DNA of 20,000 bases from Gonapodya sp. JEL0774 (taxonomy: Eukaryota): contig JADIIX010000099.1 of assembly GCA_027604505.1 (NCBI GenBank), forward strand, positions 60,803 through 80,802. The letters are read 5' to 3'. Below are positions 1-11,485 of this stretch, piece after piece. Position 1 is the stretch's first letter. Each line of letters opens with the position of its first letter. A program made the translations under genes and the position numbers. The notes under the pieces are model-generated. The model had not been told where the DNA came from. It ran no database searches and saw nothing but the letters and a program-made list of their open reading frames with translations.

Positions 1-408
1 TTCCGAGCGAGCCTAGTGACCCAGGCGGACTTGATTGGCGAAATGATGCGAGACTGGGTATCTCCATGGTGGTGAACAATTTGGGCGGTAAAGGAAGCAC
101 AGAGTAGAAATCCTGGCGCAATTCTAAGATTTGAAATATCTAGTAAGTTAGTTGTACTGAGATGAAAGAAAGAGCGTGCAAAGAGCGAGGTCGTTTCAAA
201 GCGTCTGCCTCGAACTTCAGAATATCCGGCCGGGGGCCCACCAACTGCTGCCCTTCTACAAGCGATGACTAACCTCTTAATTCTCTGTCGTCCGTCTGTG
301 ATGGGAATCTGTGGATCGTTTGGAGGGGATGGGAGCGAAGGATTCCCAGGCATTGGCATTCATTCTGTTCGTACTTCGCCGATGTCGCCGACAGGCCACC
401 ATAATAAA
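1..408 (-). CDS. Possible partial intron-containing gene of unknown function running off the left edge; putative exons ~408-274 and 139-1
   Basis: Minus-strand GTTAGT donor at 273 and CTAAC..TAG branch/acceptor ending at 140. Joining them gives an open frame (YYGGLSATSAKYEQNECQCLG...RELR/DISNLRIAPGFLLCASFTAQ...). Upstream exons could not be resolved and no family was recognised. Confidence 0.3.
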
Positions 409-1092
409 CTATGAAAGGGAAGAGTCCAGGGACCAGATCTAAAAAGGTAGAGCATCACGTCGAAAGTCGAGGGCTTGGTGTTTACATCTAAATATGCTGT
501 TTCTCGCATGTCTGTTAAGACCATAACCCCCTACCCTCATCTCCATAATAGTTACATAATCTGCAAGAGGACGGTGTTTGAGACACTGACTGCATCAAAA
601 ATATGAATGTATTCTCCATCAGCTAAAATGATACAACTATATAGTGATTCAGTATGTACGGGCTTATGGTTACGTTCTGTAAAGCAGCTTCCCAAGTTAA
701 CTGCTACCTGATGCTTGCAGTACAAATATTTCGACTGGATTGAATGTTTCAGTTTTTTCATTTGCCAACTTTGTGCAAGAACCAGTTCTGCCAATGGGTG
801 ATTTCCCCGGCTTGATTTCACTTAAACCAGTGCTTCGAGTGAGTTGAATTGGTGGTCGCGCTCAAGATACAGGACCAGATCAGATTCGTCGAAGCAGGCC
901 TGGCGTGATTGGCGGGTTGACGTCGTTGAGGGTCTCTTTCCATTTTGTTCTGTTCCATTCCCCACGCAATCCAGCTTTCCTCAACGAGCAATTTTGCTGT
1001 AATCTTACTCAGTTTCCACATCTTTCCTTGGGGACATTTCCGTCTTCAGACACTGTTTTCCTGATCCTCTTTGTATGCTCTCTGCCAACGAC

Positions 1093-2553
1093 ATGTCGGA
1101 TTCTGCTGCCACCAAGGTATGTTCCTGAAGCATCTGCTGGGCACCGCAATTCCTCCGCACAAGATTCGCTGAGACATTTTTGACTTATGCATCTCCCTTG
1201 TCTCCAGCCCAAGTCCGCTTTTGATACCCCCGCAACCACCTCTGCCTTCTCTTTCTCTGCGTCCGCCTTCCCCACGTCCGCCTTCCCGTCCACTTCCTCC
1301 GCACCCGCGTCAACTCCTGCTGCAGGTGATGAGGAGGGTGGCGCTGATGACGGAGAGGTCGCCCCCTCCCCGGATGTACACTTCGAGCCTGTCGTGAAGC
1401 TCGAGCAGCTCGAAGAAATTAAGACCAATGAAGAGGAAGAGGAGGTGATATTCAAGATGTGAGTTTCAGTCTTTGTTACGGAGAACGCGGCTACGTCGAA
1501 GCACGGCGGAAAAATACAAATCTGAGTGTTGGCTAGCGAAATATGAATCAGGTGTTGGAAGTGATCTGGTCCACCGGTCTGAGGCTTTTCGGATACATGA
1601 AGAGTGTATACTGGAATCTCAATGAGTGAGATCACTCACGACTCGTCCTGTACCTTGACTAAACCGCGACAGAGGAAACGATCCAAGTGCAGTTGAGGTT
1701 CTGCCCGTTCTCCAACTAGAGTTTACTCATCTCTAGTTCCCTTTTATAGGCGTGCCAAGTTGTTCCGATTTGACAAGGCCACCGCTTCGGACGTGTCTGA
1801 GTGGAAGGAGCGGGGTACGGGAGATGTCAAACTCCTCAAACACAAGGAGACTGGAAAGATTCGTCTTTTGATGAGGAGGGACAAGACTTTGAAGATCTGT
1901 GCGAACCACCATGGTGAGTGGCGGTGTTTAGGTGATACTAGGGCAGGAAGTCGGTACCAGTTGAACCGGATACGCGAGAGTAAGGAGTGCAAGTATGACA
2001 CTGTGTCTGAACCACCTTGATGCACCATCGACAGTGGAGGTTGGGAAAGAGAGGACTTGTTCTCTTCAATTCATCGGAGATGAACGTCACCCTGGTCGCT
2101 CCAACCTCCACAATATCTAATACGCGATTATTCTTTATTCCTTGCACCTCTCCATGCAGTCTCCCCGGAACTGCAACTGACGCCAAACGTGTCGTCCGAC
2201 CGTTCATGGGTATGGCATGTCCCCACCGACTACTCCGAGGAGACCCCGAGGCCCGAGCTTTTGGCGATCAGGTTCTCTAACTCTGAGAGTGAGTGGACCT
2301 TCTACTACAATCTCTTTGTCATCACAGGTCAACACCTTCTCTGTCATTCCAATTCGCACTCACTTGTACCCCGCACTCCGTAGACGCCAACAAGTTCCGC
2401 GATGCTTTTGAGGACGCCAAGAAATCCAACGCGGCTATTGCGGGTGTCAAGGCCTCCCCGGCTGCGAAGACTGCCGAGGAAGAGGAAGCCGAAGCGGATG
2501 CCGAGGATGCGAAAGAGGCTGCCGAGGCCACCGCTGCAGAAAAGAAGGAGTAA
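1093..2553 (+). CDS. YRB1: Ran-specific GTPase-activating protein / RanBP1, ~245 aa; exons 1093-1116, 1208-1458, 1750-1913, 2160-2288, 2384-2553
   Basis: The spliced product contains the Ran-binding domain ([77 protein letters not shown]). Four GT-AG introns keep the frame (738 nt total). Confidence 0.96.
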
Positions 2554-2846
2554 TTGGGCTCACCCAAATCATGGTTGGCCCTTTTCGATGACATCCGTCG
2601 TATCATGGGACCTATCGTACCATACTGTAGCGACTTGATCCTCGACCCAACCTCCAAAAACATCACTCCACCACAGCCACCCACTCCTATTCCCCATTCC
2701 CCTTTCCATTCACAAGACACCCTGCACCCCATTCTCCCCCGGCCTCGGAAACCCATTTTTTCGCTCTCCTTTAACCTCCCCTGCCTTCCAACGTCCCCTG
2801 GCGCATCCTTCCCTCGCTCCCATCTGCGTAACGTTGATTACTATTG

Positions 2847-2876
2847 TGTAAACGCTTAGATACGCTTTTAAATAAA
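2847..2876 (+). terminator. Candidate polyadenylation signal for YRB1 (TGTA ... AATAAA)
   Basis: AATAAA at 2871-2876, preceded by TGTA at 2847, ~320 nt after the stop codon. Confidence 0.4.
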
Positions 2877-3140
2877 ACAACGGTTCAGCGAAAGTTGGTG
2901 ATCCCTTCCCGCTCCATGAATGTTTGTTTCCTCATTGCATAGTTGACTACTACCTTGGAACCGGCCAGCAATACCTCTTGGGTCGTCAGACAGCAGTGAT
3001 GATCATTACGATTATTGCAATTGCTTTACCGAACTACTGCGTTCCAAAAGTGAGACGCGATGGGTCCGTCACACGGACTCAACCATTCCTTCAACCTTTC
3101 TGTGTAACGAGTATGTTGTTTATTCCAAACAAAGCTCATG

Positions 3141-4836
3141 TCAAACCTCCGTAAATAGGTGCAATTCCTTCATCTTCTCGAGTGGCCGTTTACCAAGAGC
3201 TTGTTCGGGCAGGAGCACATCTGCCGAAAAAAAAAGAGGAGACACCACATTTCACATTTTTGGTGGCATGTGAGCGGATTGGGACTCAGGGGTTCCGAAA
3301 ACATGGTTCTGGACGGAACCTACCTGGTCCGAGCCCGCTCTCGATGACGGTGCCCTCACTACCGTCGTCGAGCTTGGCGGCAGGTATTCGTGGGTCAGAG
3401 TAGTAACCCAAAAGCGGGGCGCCAAAGGTGCTGGGTGGGGGGGAGGGGTGTCGAGTGTGACAACGATTGAGTGGTTGGGTTTGAATCACCTCAGCGATCG
3501 GTGTAATGAAGTCAACCTACTATCCAAGTAGCTCGTAAAGCTTTGGATCTAAAGTGCGGGCAATGTCGGGGGGACAGCTCAGATACTGAGATCAGGACAG
3601 GTCCATGAGCAGCGAGCCATAATCGTGAGAACAAGTACCCATTTTTGCAAGAGCGCGTGTAGAGGGAGACGCGTGGGGCAAAAATCGAGATGTTAAATTG
3701 TTGATGAGCGGTTGATGTCGTTTCGTCTTTTTCCGTAGTTTGCGATGAGGAAAGATGATGGTTTACCTGGTTTTCCTCTTGACGTAGCCATCCCAGTGAG
3801 TACGAGACAACCATGGCGTACCGGACGTGATCTGAGGCATTTTTCCCGCCTGAGTGGACGGCACTTATGAGTGTGGTGATAGTGGTGGGGAGCCATGTTA
3901 GGGAGAAACGAGTGGCCTTTCATCCTGGATGACGGACGTACCTCCCGGTGTAGAAGAGGCAAGAGCCCTACAAAATGTGAGAAATTGGATGGAGTTTTGA
4001 ATGAACAAACCGGAAATTTGCGCGGTTGTGTATGGTTTTGCTCGGGTGGGCTGCCGCCTTCATAGCACACCGTACCTTTTTCATTTCCGCATAGGTAATT
4101 TCCTCTTCCTTGACCTCTCTACTATAATCCCACTTGTGACTCTTCGGAACAACTCTTGTACATCCGTTCTCCCTGGTGAAATCCACAAGCGCCCAAATGA
4201 CGGACAGTTCGGGTTCATATCCCAAGTTAATCTCCCCCCACACGGCTTGGTCGCGGTGGAGGGGCTGAGCGGGAGAAGGAGGCGCGATGCCGATGACTTG
4301 CGCGGTGTGGAGTTGGATCTTGTGGCAATGGGGAAGGAGAACGGATTCGGCTGCCGACTTGAAAGAGACGGGTGGGGGGTTGCGAGCAGAGGGAATTGTG
4401 GAGCGGGGGGTTTATACGGATTTGGAGGGAGTCTTAACTTCGGAGTGAACTTCTACAACAACTCACCACAACTTTTGAGTGGCCAATGAGTGTGCGAGCG
4501 GTGGGAAAGCGGGCGACCACCGCACCTACTCTCTGAGTATTTTTGCCTGCAAAGTCATCTGTAAAGGGAGTGCGGAGAATCCCAGTATAGAAAATATGAC
4601 ACGTGGTGTGGACGAAGTAAGTGTCGATCAGGTGAAGCACGTTATGCTGCCGGGCTCTCACTCTCAGACGCCTTGACTCTTTCGAAGAAGGGTGCAGCTT
4701 CTACCATCAACTGATCCACGATATCTGGGGGTACCAGCTGGTCCACAATGCAAGCGCCATCTTCTGCGATGATGGCTTTAATGTCGTCTATGGACGCCGT
4801 CGCGGGAAGATGCCGTAGTTGAGTTCCTGGTGCCAT
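3141..4836 (-). CDS. Phytanoyl-CoA dioxygenase (PhyH) family Fe(II)/2-oxoglutarate dioxygenase, ~307 aa; exons 4836-4662, 4558-4467, 4357-4076, 3967-3942, 3863-3767, 3585-3521, 3430-3324, 3220-3141
   Basis: The spliced protein has DGACIV, the HxD motif (QPLHRD), IWALVDFTRENGCTRVVPKSH, the distal His (AVHSGGKN), the 2OG-binding Arg (HVRY) and GWLRQEENQYLSCPPDIARTL. Seven introns join in frame (924 nt). Confidence 0.92.
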
Positions 4837-5578
4837 TTTCACGATCGGTTGATGTGCAACGGTGACAGAAACAATTTTGCTCAAAGACTTCAATTCTGAC
4901 TCGATTATTTGGATAAGATGTGATGGTTTGATGTTATGAAGCGGGTGAGCGGTTCACGGGAGGCGGGTGCGATCGCGTTCCTTGATCGGCACACACTATA
5001 TGACATGCAATGCACTTTCTTGTAGGGTCCCAATTCCGAGCGACACGATTCTTACCACAGGTGTGTTGTGCCACCTCGCAACAGAAAGGGACCCATCTAA
5101 TACCAATAGAAAATATCCATCTTAAGGAGATTCCGAATGCAGAAACAGACGGTCACATAAGCGGCCTACTCCACGAACTCAACCGGCATGCAGCACCTCA
5201 CAAGAAAACACCACTCTCAGAATGAAAATAATATAATAATGAAAAGAAAAAGTAAAATTGTGTAGCATGAGCATTGCACTGAAGGCTCAGCTCAAACGCA
5301 ATGTCCTGACTTAATACATGTCACCGTCGGGAGCTGCGCGCCAGTTCAGGTCGTTGGTGTCAATGCCCTGCTGATCTGAGGTTGAAGGTGTCTCATGTTC
5401 TTCCCCACTTCTAACAGCATTGTCCTTCTAAAAATGTTGTTAACCCTTCATCATCACATAGAATAAAACAAAGCACAGGTCAGTGGTGGGTTGTTGGCTC
5501 AAGCTGGAGCACATGGTGACATCACGACACTGCATCCAACCATCGAAAAGAAATATATTTCAACATCAATCTTGCACG

Positions 5579-6259
5579 ATGAGCACTTCCCATAGATCCA
5601 AACCACAGTCCAACGTAAAAGCCCCGACTATCCTTTCTCACTCGCTCGTTTTCTGCAATGATTGCGGCTCCATGCTCGATACTCCGGCTTACGAAGACTC
5701 CGTGACCTGTGAGCTCTGCGGTTCCACAGTTCCTGCTTCCCGTGAGTGACGATGTCAATCAAAGAAGATTGAGAAGCCTCTGAGGCTTCTAATCTAATCG
5801 TGTCTTTGAATTTGTGCTCGGACCTGGGTGGTGCCATCATCCAGACTTTGAGCAGATCGTCGTTGTCACCAAGTCCCGCGAGGACGCCTTCCCCCACACC
5901 CGACCATTCTCTTCTGGCGCTGCAGCTGGAGGTAAAGGACCAGCCGCGGAGCAGGCAAAGGTATAGCCACCGACCGACCGCTCTCGCTGGCTCGTTTGGG
6001 AATCTCCTTCTAAATGAATCCAATTTTCAATCGCTTCAAGGTCAACGAACGATGCCCCAAGTGCGACAATGCCGAGCTCTCGTTCCGAACCATGCAGCTT
6101 CGCTCGGCAGATGAGGGACAGACCATTTTCTACACGTGCACGAAATGCGGGTTCGTTACTAGCGTCTTAGTGTATTGAGACCTCTCGCCTGTCTGTCATG
6201 GAGAGTCTCAGACAAACACAATTTTCACACTCAGGCATAAATTCTCCGTCAACTCGTGA
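5579..6259 (+). CDS. RPA12: RNA polymerase I subunit A12.2, ~137 aa; exons 5579-5741, 5845-5960, 6041-6150, 6235-6259
   Basis: N-terminal zinc ribbon [10 protein letters not shown]...CELCG and C-terminal TFIIS-like ribbon CPKC...[35 protein letters not shown] is typical of A12. Introns join in frame (414 nt). Confidence 0.94.
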
Positions 6260-6947
6260 CGGCCGCTTCTCGGTACATATTGCGTTAATTGTCGAAGGTT
6301 TATCCGCAAAGCATAGGATGGTATGGCCGTTTTCCCATGCGTATGCTTTGGAGCTCCAGTGGTTCAGTGAAACATGGCGGAAAAAGGAAGTGGACGAGAA
6401 TTCGATGTGTGCGTTGCATTCCAGATTGCGGAGGGCTTGCGTGATCCTCAACTTGGACGTCTGAACACCCATGGCTCTGGGTTGAAGTCCCGGACCATAT
6501 GCAGTAATTTGAATTGTGAGGTGGTAGGGTGTCACGCACTTATGCTCTGCTCGGACGCCAGTCGGCGCAACATTCACAAGGGCGCGAATGATACCATCTT
6601 TGACGGATACCCAATTCTATAGGCCTTTTTGTAAATCCCTGCATAAACGTATTGAGGCTCGAATGTGATCTGAAGTTGTGCCTAGTTTCAAATATGATGT
6701 TTAGTAACATGTAGGAGGTTGCAATTACCATTTACAAAACAAAGTTTCGCAAACGATTGGTATTGCAAATACTGCCCTACAATACCTCATTCCTCCGCTC
6801 ATCTTTCTCACCAGCACCAAGGCTTTCAATATTGCCAGCCACAGTTTCACCTCGCATGGTCTCTCTAATTATTAGAGGATTTAGGCCACAAACAACTCTA
6901 TTCGGCGCGATCAGGTACTGACTGAGTCAATATGTATGGAATGACGT

Positions 6948-8082
6948 CTATTTGTCATCTGCCGACTTTTTCAAATTGTCCTCATGAGCACTCAACACAC
7001 CCGCAAGCTCGTGGCTCATGCCAACACTATGTTGTTCTAAAACTCCCACCAGACCCTCACCACCGCTTCTCTGGAGGATGCCCAGCAACCGCCTTACTGG
7101 CTCTTCCAACAACGCAACGATCTCGGCTCTCATCTGTCCGACAGGCGGCAACCTCGCAATTCGCGCCAACTCATCCGCACTCCATTCTAATGATTCGACC
7201 TGGCCACCAAGTAACGCGAGCTTGCGATGACGGGCAAGCAACGTTGTGACAGACATGATACGAGCACCAAGCTGGTCCTGTGGCACGTTTCCACTGACGA
7301 CGGCACAAGGACCTACAAGAAAGGGACCAAGACCCAGATGACGTTTGACGAATTTGTCGGGAAGGTTTCCTGTCTGGCGGCTGTAAGGGGGTGCATTAGC
7401 TGCGAGTTCAGGTAGGTCATCAAGGCTGAACGGCGCGTCTAGTTTCCCGGTGTTTTCCTTGATAATGTCAACACCTGCCCTCCTGAAAATCTTGCCCTGA
7501 ACCATAGTTGCTCTGAGGTCGTCAGTGGGGCCCGCAAGGAGAGCGAGGTCGCGCTGAAATGCGCGCCAGTCCTTGGACGTAAGGTTGAGTTGTTGGAGGA
7601 CGAGTACAAATGGCTGGGAGAGGATGGAACGGTAGAGGTGGTAACGATACGAGGAGTGCGGGGAGTAGGGTTTGCCCGTTCTGCGAAGGTGGGGGCGCGG
7701 CACTTGCGACGGATTACTGTGAGAATTAGATGCGGAGACGGTCGGCGGTGATTCAAGGCTCAGAGATTGGAGCTGGAGTGCGGTGGTGCTTTGTCGGAGT
7801 GCTGAGACTGTACACGAGGGGTAGACGAGTGCCAGAGGCCAAGCGATTTTTCACAGCAGTTCCAGTTCGTCGCCAATTTTGAGAAATTCCAGTCCGTGAA
7901 GTGAGAAACGCTGGATTCGTGTCTCGATGGAAGTCCATTGACAAACTGCCATCGCACTCACACGCTCTGGTATGGCTTCCCACTGCCATCGCTGCAGTCT
8001 CTGCAATTCGCCTTCGCCCAGCGAGCATGCTTCCCAATCCGCTGAGAGCCCTTGACGCTCGTGCAGCCTGTGACATTTGCAT
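6948..8082 (-). CDS. MRPL11: Mitochondrial large ribosomal subunit protein uL10m; exon 1 from 8082 (alternative ATGs at 8097 and 8076) to 7962, exon 2 7807-6948
   Basis: uL10-like pattern (FVLVLQQLNLTSKDWRAFQRDL, PFLVGPCAVV, KLALLGGQVE, ELARIARLPPVGQMRAEIVALLEEP). The GTGAGT..TACAG intron joins an Arg/Ala/Ser-rich presequence (MSQAARASRALSGLGSMLAGRRR...HTRAFSALRQ) in frame, creating an R-A-F-S cleavage-like motif. Confidence 0.78.
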
Positions 8083-8097
8083 ATCTGCACATACCAT

Positions 8098-8261
8098 AAC
8101 TGATCAGTGGAAGATTATTTGTTGTCGCATCGTACTGAATAACTAAATTCCCCTATGCTTTTCTAATGCGTTTATTACTCTTATTCTGATTTTGGATAGT
8201 TTGAGAATTCTTCAGTCTGCACCTAAATCCTTACCGAGTCTTCTCAACTCCCAAGGACACA
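8098..8261. promoter_or_regulatory. Short AT-rich intergenic spacer, probably a bidirectional promoter for uL10m and the P450
   Basis: Head-to-head start codons ~165-185 bp apart, with an AT-rich tract at ~8135-8200. Confidence 0.5.
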
Positions 8262-10303
8262 ATGGGTCAGTTATTTTCATCGATGGACGACTGGGAGCTC
8301 GCTCTGTACCTCGGCACAGTGCTACTGGTCTTGTTTGTCGTATATAGAATGGTCATCTTCGTCCTTGTCTTTCTAATCAACCCTCTTGGGGAGCTCGAAT
8401 CTGGCGATACTTCTTATATCTTTCCATTTGTTGGAAACTACTACCGCTCGGCAACTGGACGCCTCTTCCAGGCGGAGTACGCTCTCCACGAGGTCTGTGG
8501 AAGTGCGGTTCGGTGAGTTGTTCGAAAATCGCCCGAAGATTCTCAACGGGAGACACGGAACTTATTGCACCTGACGAACAACAGAATTAGCGAGGACCTC
8601 GCCTCCGTCATTGACCCACAAGTAGTACATCAAATTCTTGAAGACGAGGATTGGCCTAAATCGAAAAACAGCTATGCTCACTTAGCGTTCAACAAAGTGA
8701 GTAGTGTGCGAGTAATATCCTATGCTGTGCTTACAATGTCGAATGAAGTATACCAGGACACGGACAATATTCTAACGACAACAGATAAGATCTTCCACGC
8801 ACGGATCAGGTCTCTGGTCGCGCCTGCCTTCTCGTCTGAGGCATTAAGCGTTCTCGAGCCCCTCATGATAAAAGTGTGGAACACTTTCGAAGATAAGATC
8901 AGGACAATCCAAGCAGATGGAGATGGGTGGATACCGGTCAATATGGACACTTACTCTGCTGTGAGTACAGTTCACACAAGTTCTGGAGTGGGATGATGAC
9001 CGTTGTTCCGCAGAACATCGCACTCGATATAATTGGCGAAACAATCTTCGGATCATCTTTTAGAATGATAGAGTCAGGTACGTGAGAAGGAGCGTACCAT
9101 GTCGTCCAACCCTTTCGCAGTCCTCTTAATTAATGAGTCTTCCCCCAAACACACTAAAACATAGGCAATCACCCTCTCCTCGACGCTCGCCGACAAGTAT
9201 TTGATTCGGTGTTGCACAAGGTGTTTTGGCCGTACCTTGGCTACTTCTACTCTGGTCCCTCCCGCACCAAAGCTGTCGAAACGGAACTCCGCCTGCTCAC
9301 CAACGCAGTCGACGCCCGCGTTGGACTCAACAAATCTGGAGAACGGCGGGTAGATATTTTGCAGACACTGCTGGACTACAAGGACCCTGTTACTGGCGAC
9401 AAATTGAGTGAGGAGGAGGTCGCCCGCACGATTGGTGCACTTCACATGGCGGGCGGAGAGACCACAGGAGGCGCGTTATCCTGGGCGATATATTATCTCC
9501 TGAGGACACCCACTGCCTTTGAAAAACTCCGCATAGAACTCGATGAAGCATTCCCCACAGGCTTGAGTGAACGCTTGGAGCTGGCCAAACTGAAGAAGCT
9601 TCCATTTCTCGATGCCGTCATTAAAGAAACACTCCGCCTGCGTCCCGCCGTATCATCGATTGTTCGAAAATTGGAGCACGAAAAGACGCTCTATTTTCGG
9701 GACGTAAAAGGCAAGCTTACCAGGCTGATATTCCCAGAAGAGACGCACGTTGCGGCGTCCCTGTTTTCACTCCACCGGAGCGCTCGGCGTGAGTCTCGCA
9801 GTTTAAATTGTGCCAAATATTGTGCCGTGACCACCTGTGGTCTTTGTATTTGATAGTGTGGGTTAGACCCAACGACTTTGACCCAGAGCGGTGGAACGAC
9901 GGCTTGGCAGCACCAGGCGAACACAGCTCAACGCCAGTCGTTGAGTCTCAGTCACAGGAACAATGCGTATGGGGTAAACCTCTGTTGGTAAACAGAGGCG
10001 CGTATCTTCCCTTTTCAAAGGGTTCGCGGTGGGTCTCTGCGAAGTGGAGAATCAGGTCGACTATCAAACCTCACACCGATCCAAAATACAACTCTTTCCA
10101 GCGATTGTGTTGGGAAAGAATTCGCTCTGGACATCCTGCGCTTCACTCTCGGCCATCTCATTCGTAGATTCGAGATCCTCCCACATCCTATTGATCCACA
10201 ACTTCCACAGCGAACCGATGCTGAATTTGGTATCGCATTTGTTGCGAGCAGGATCGGTGAAAAGGATGCATTGCTGGTTAAGATGAGGTTTCGGGTAGCG
10301 TAA
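8262..10303 (+). CDS. Cytochrome P450 monooxygenase, ER-anchored, ~542 aa; exons 8262-8512, 8585-8696, 8757-8960, 9014-9077, 9165-9788, 9857-10028, 10102-10303
   Basis: N-terminal TM helix, I-helix AGGETT, K-helix ETLR, PERW, and the heme-ligand motif FSKGSRDCVG formed across the last intron. Six GT-AG introns keep the frame (1629 nt). Confidence 0.95.
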
Positions 10304-10779
10304 ATCGTAACATCAGCCGTGATGGCCTCGGGGAAACTGCCGTATTATGGGATCAAATTTCAAATTTGACTGAACTGTTGGCAAACTTATCAGCAGAGCA
10401 CCCGTATTTAAGTCATGGATATTGTGAAAAAAAGTCAATGTGATTCGTTGGTCACCACAGCCCCAATACATGCGCTTGTGGGAGTGAGTTGAACCTGTTT
10501 TTCGTTCTGCAAAGCATCAAGCTTTTGTAAGTTGATTGCGGTGGATGACACATGTGAACGAATGGTGGAAGCGGGACCTTTCCAAGAAAACGATGTTTGC
10601 CGAAAGGTCAACTAACAACTGGTTCGGTTGGCGGGAAACTGACTAATGCAGAACTTTACCGCAAACCAACACAGAGCTCCACGGAGCTGATTCTCCTCGA
10701 CAAATTGAAACGAAGCACTACGTGGCACTCTTGTAATCATATTACGATTAAACATGTTTATACGAAGTTATGACTGCCT

Positions 10780-10787
10780 TATAAAAA
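10780..10787 (+). promoter_or_regulatory. TATA-like box
   Basis: TATAAAAA followed by an A/C-rich 5'UTR-like tract. The target could be the small ORF at 10954 or the secreted gene at 11486. Confidence 0.4.
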
Positions 10788-11485
10788 CCCACTTGAGCAG
10801 TGGAGTTCCAGCCTCATCTCGAACTCGTTTCCCCACATTCCGAACTTCTTTGACAAACGCAATCAAAACTTAAATAAACACATCAAACTCAGAATTCACA
10901 TATACCACGTACAATCTACCGAGTCTAAGTGATTACAGAGACATCAGAACTGAATGCCTCGCGCCACACGTGTCGCTCCTCCTCCTGTTCCCAACCCAAA
11001 CGCTGCCCGCTTGTTCCGGAATGTGGTGGTCCGCCAATCAAATGAAAGCTCGGACCACCATTTGGTCGAATTTGGTGTTTGGCCCACAACCCCTTGTGGA
11101 TCCCATCACAATCAGATCATTCAATATTTGCCATGATGCCCTTGCCGACGTGGTAATTGGCGGCGGAACTTATACACAGCATTCATGCACAAGGACAAGA
11201 GACTACTTGGCTACAGTACGCTTGCTGTGTGGGAAAAGATCGGTGAGGGCAACTAGAATTCTGGCATTGTGGTAGTTGATAGTATCCAGATGTCGTGTTT
11301 GCCATTGCAGGTTGGAAATTTTTCTGTAACTTTGCGCAGAAGCTAACGAAATGTGGCTTGGAGGTTTGGAGACATGTGCAAATCCATTTGCCTCCCCACC
11401 CTCGAGTTGAACCGAACTGTTCATCGCGCAGATCGATAAAAAGCATGCGCCGACACTCCGGACAATCTGCTCCAACAACCAATTG

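Noticed and set aside
552..821. 89-aa minus-strand ORF as the 5' part of the left-edge gene
   Set aside because: I could not join it in frame to the downstream putative exons with the splice sites I tried.
1009..1635. 208-aa minus-strand ORF
   Set aside because: Antisense shadow of YRB1 exon 2 and its introns.
6167..6731. Several 60-136-aa ORFs between RPA12 and uL10m
   Set aside because: Convergent 3' intergenic region with no motifs or consistent exon structure.
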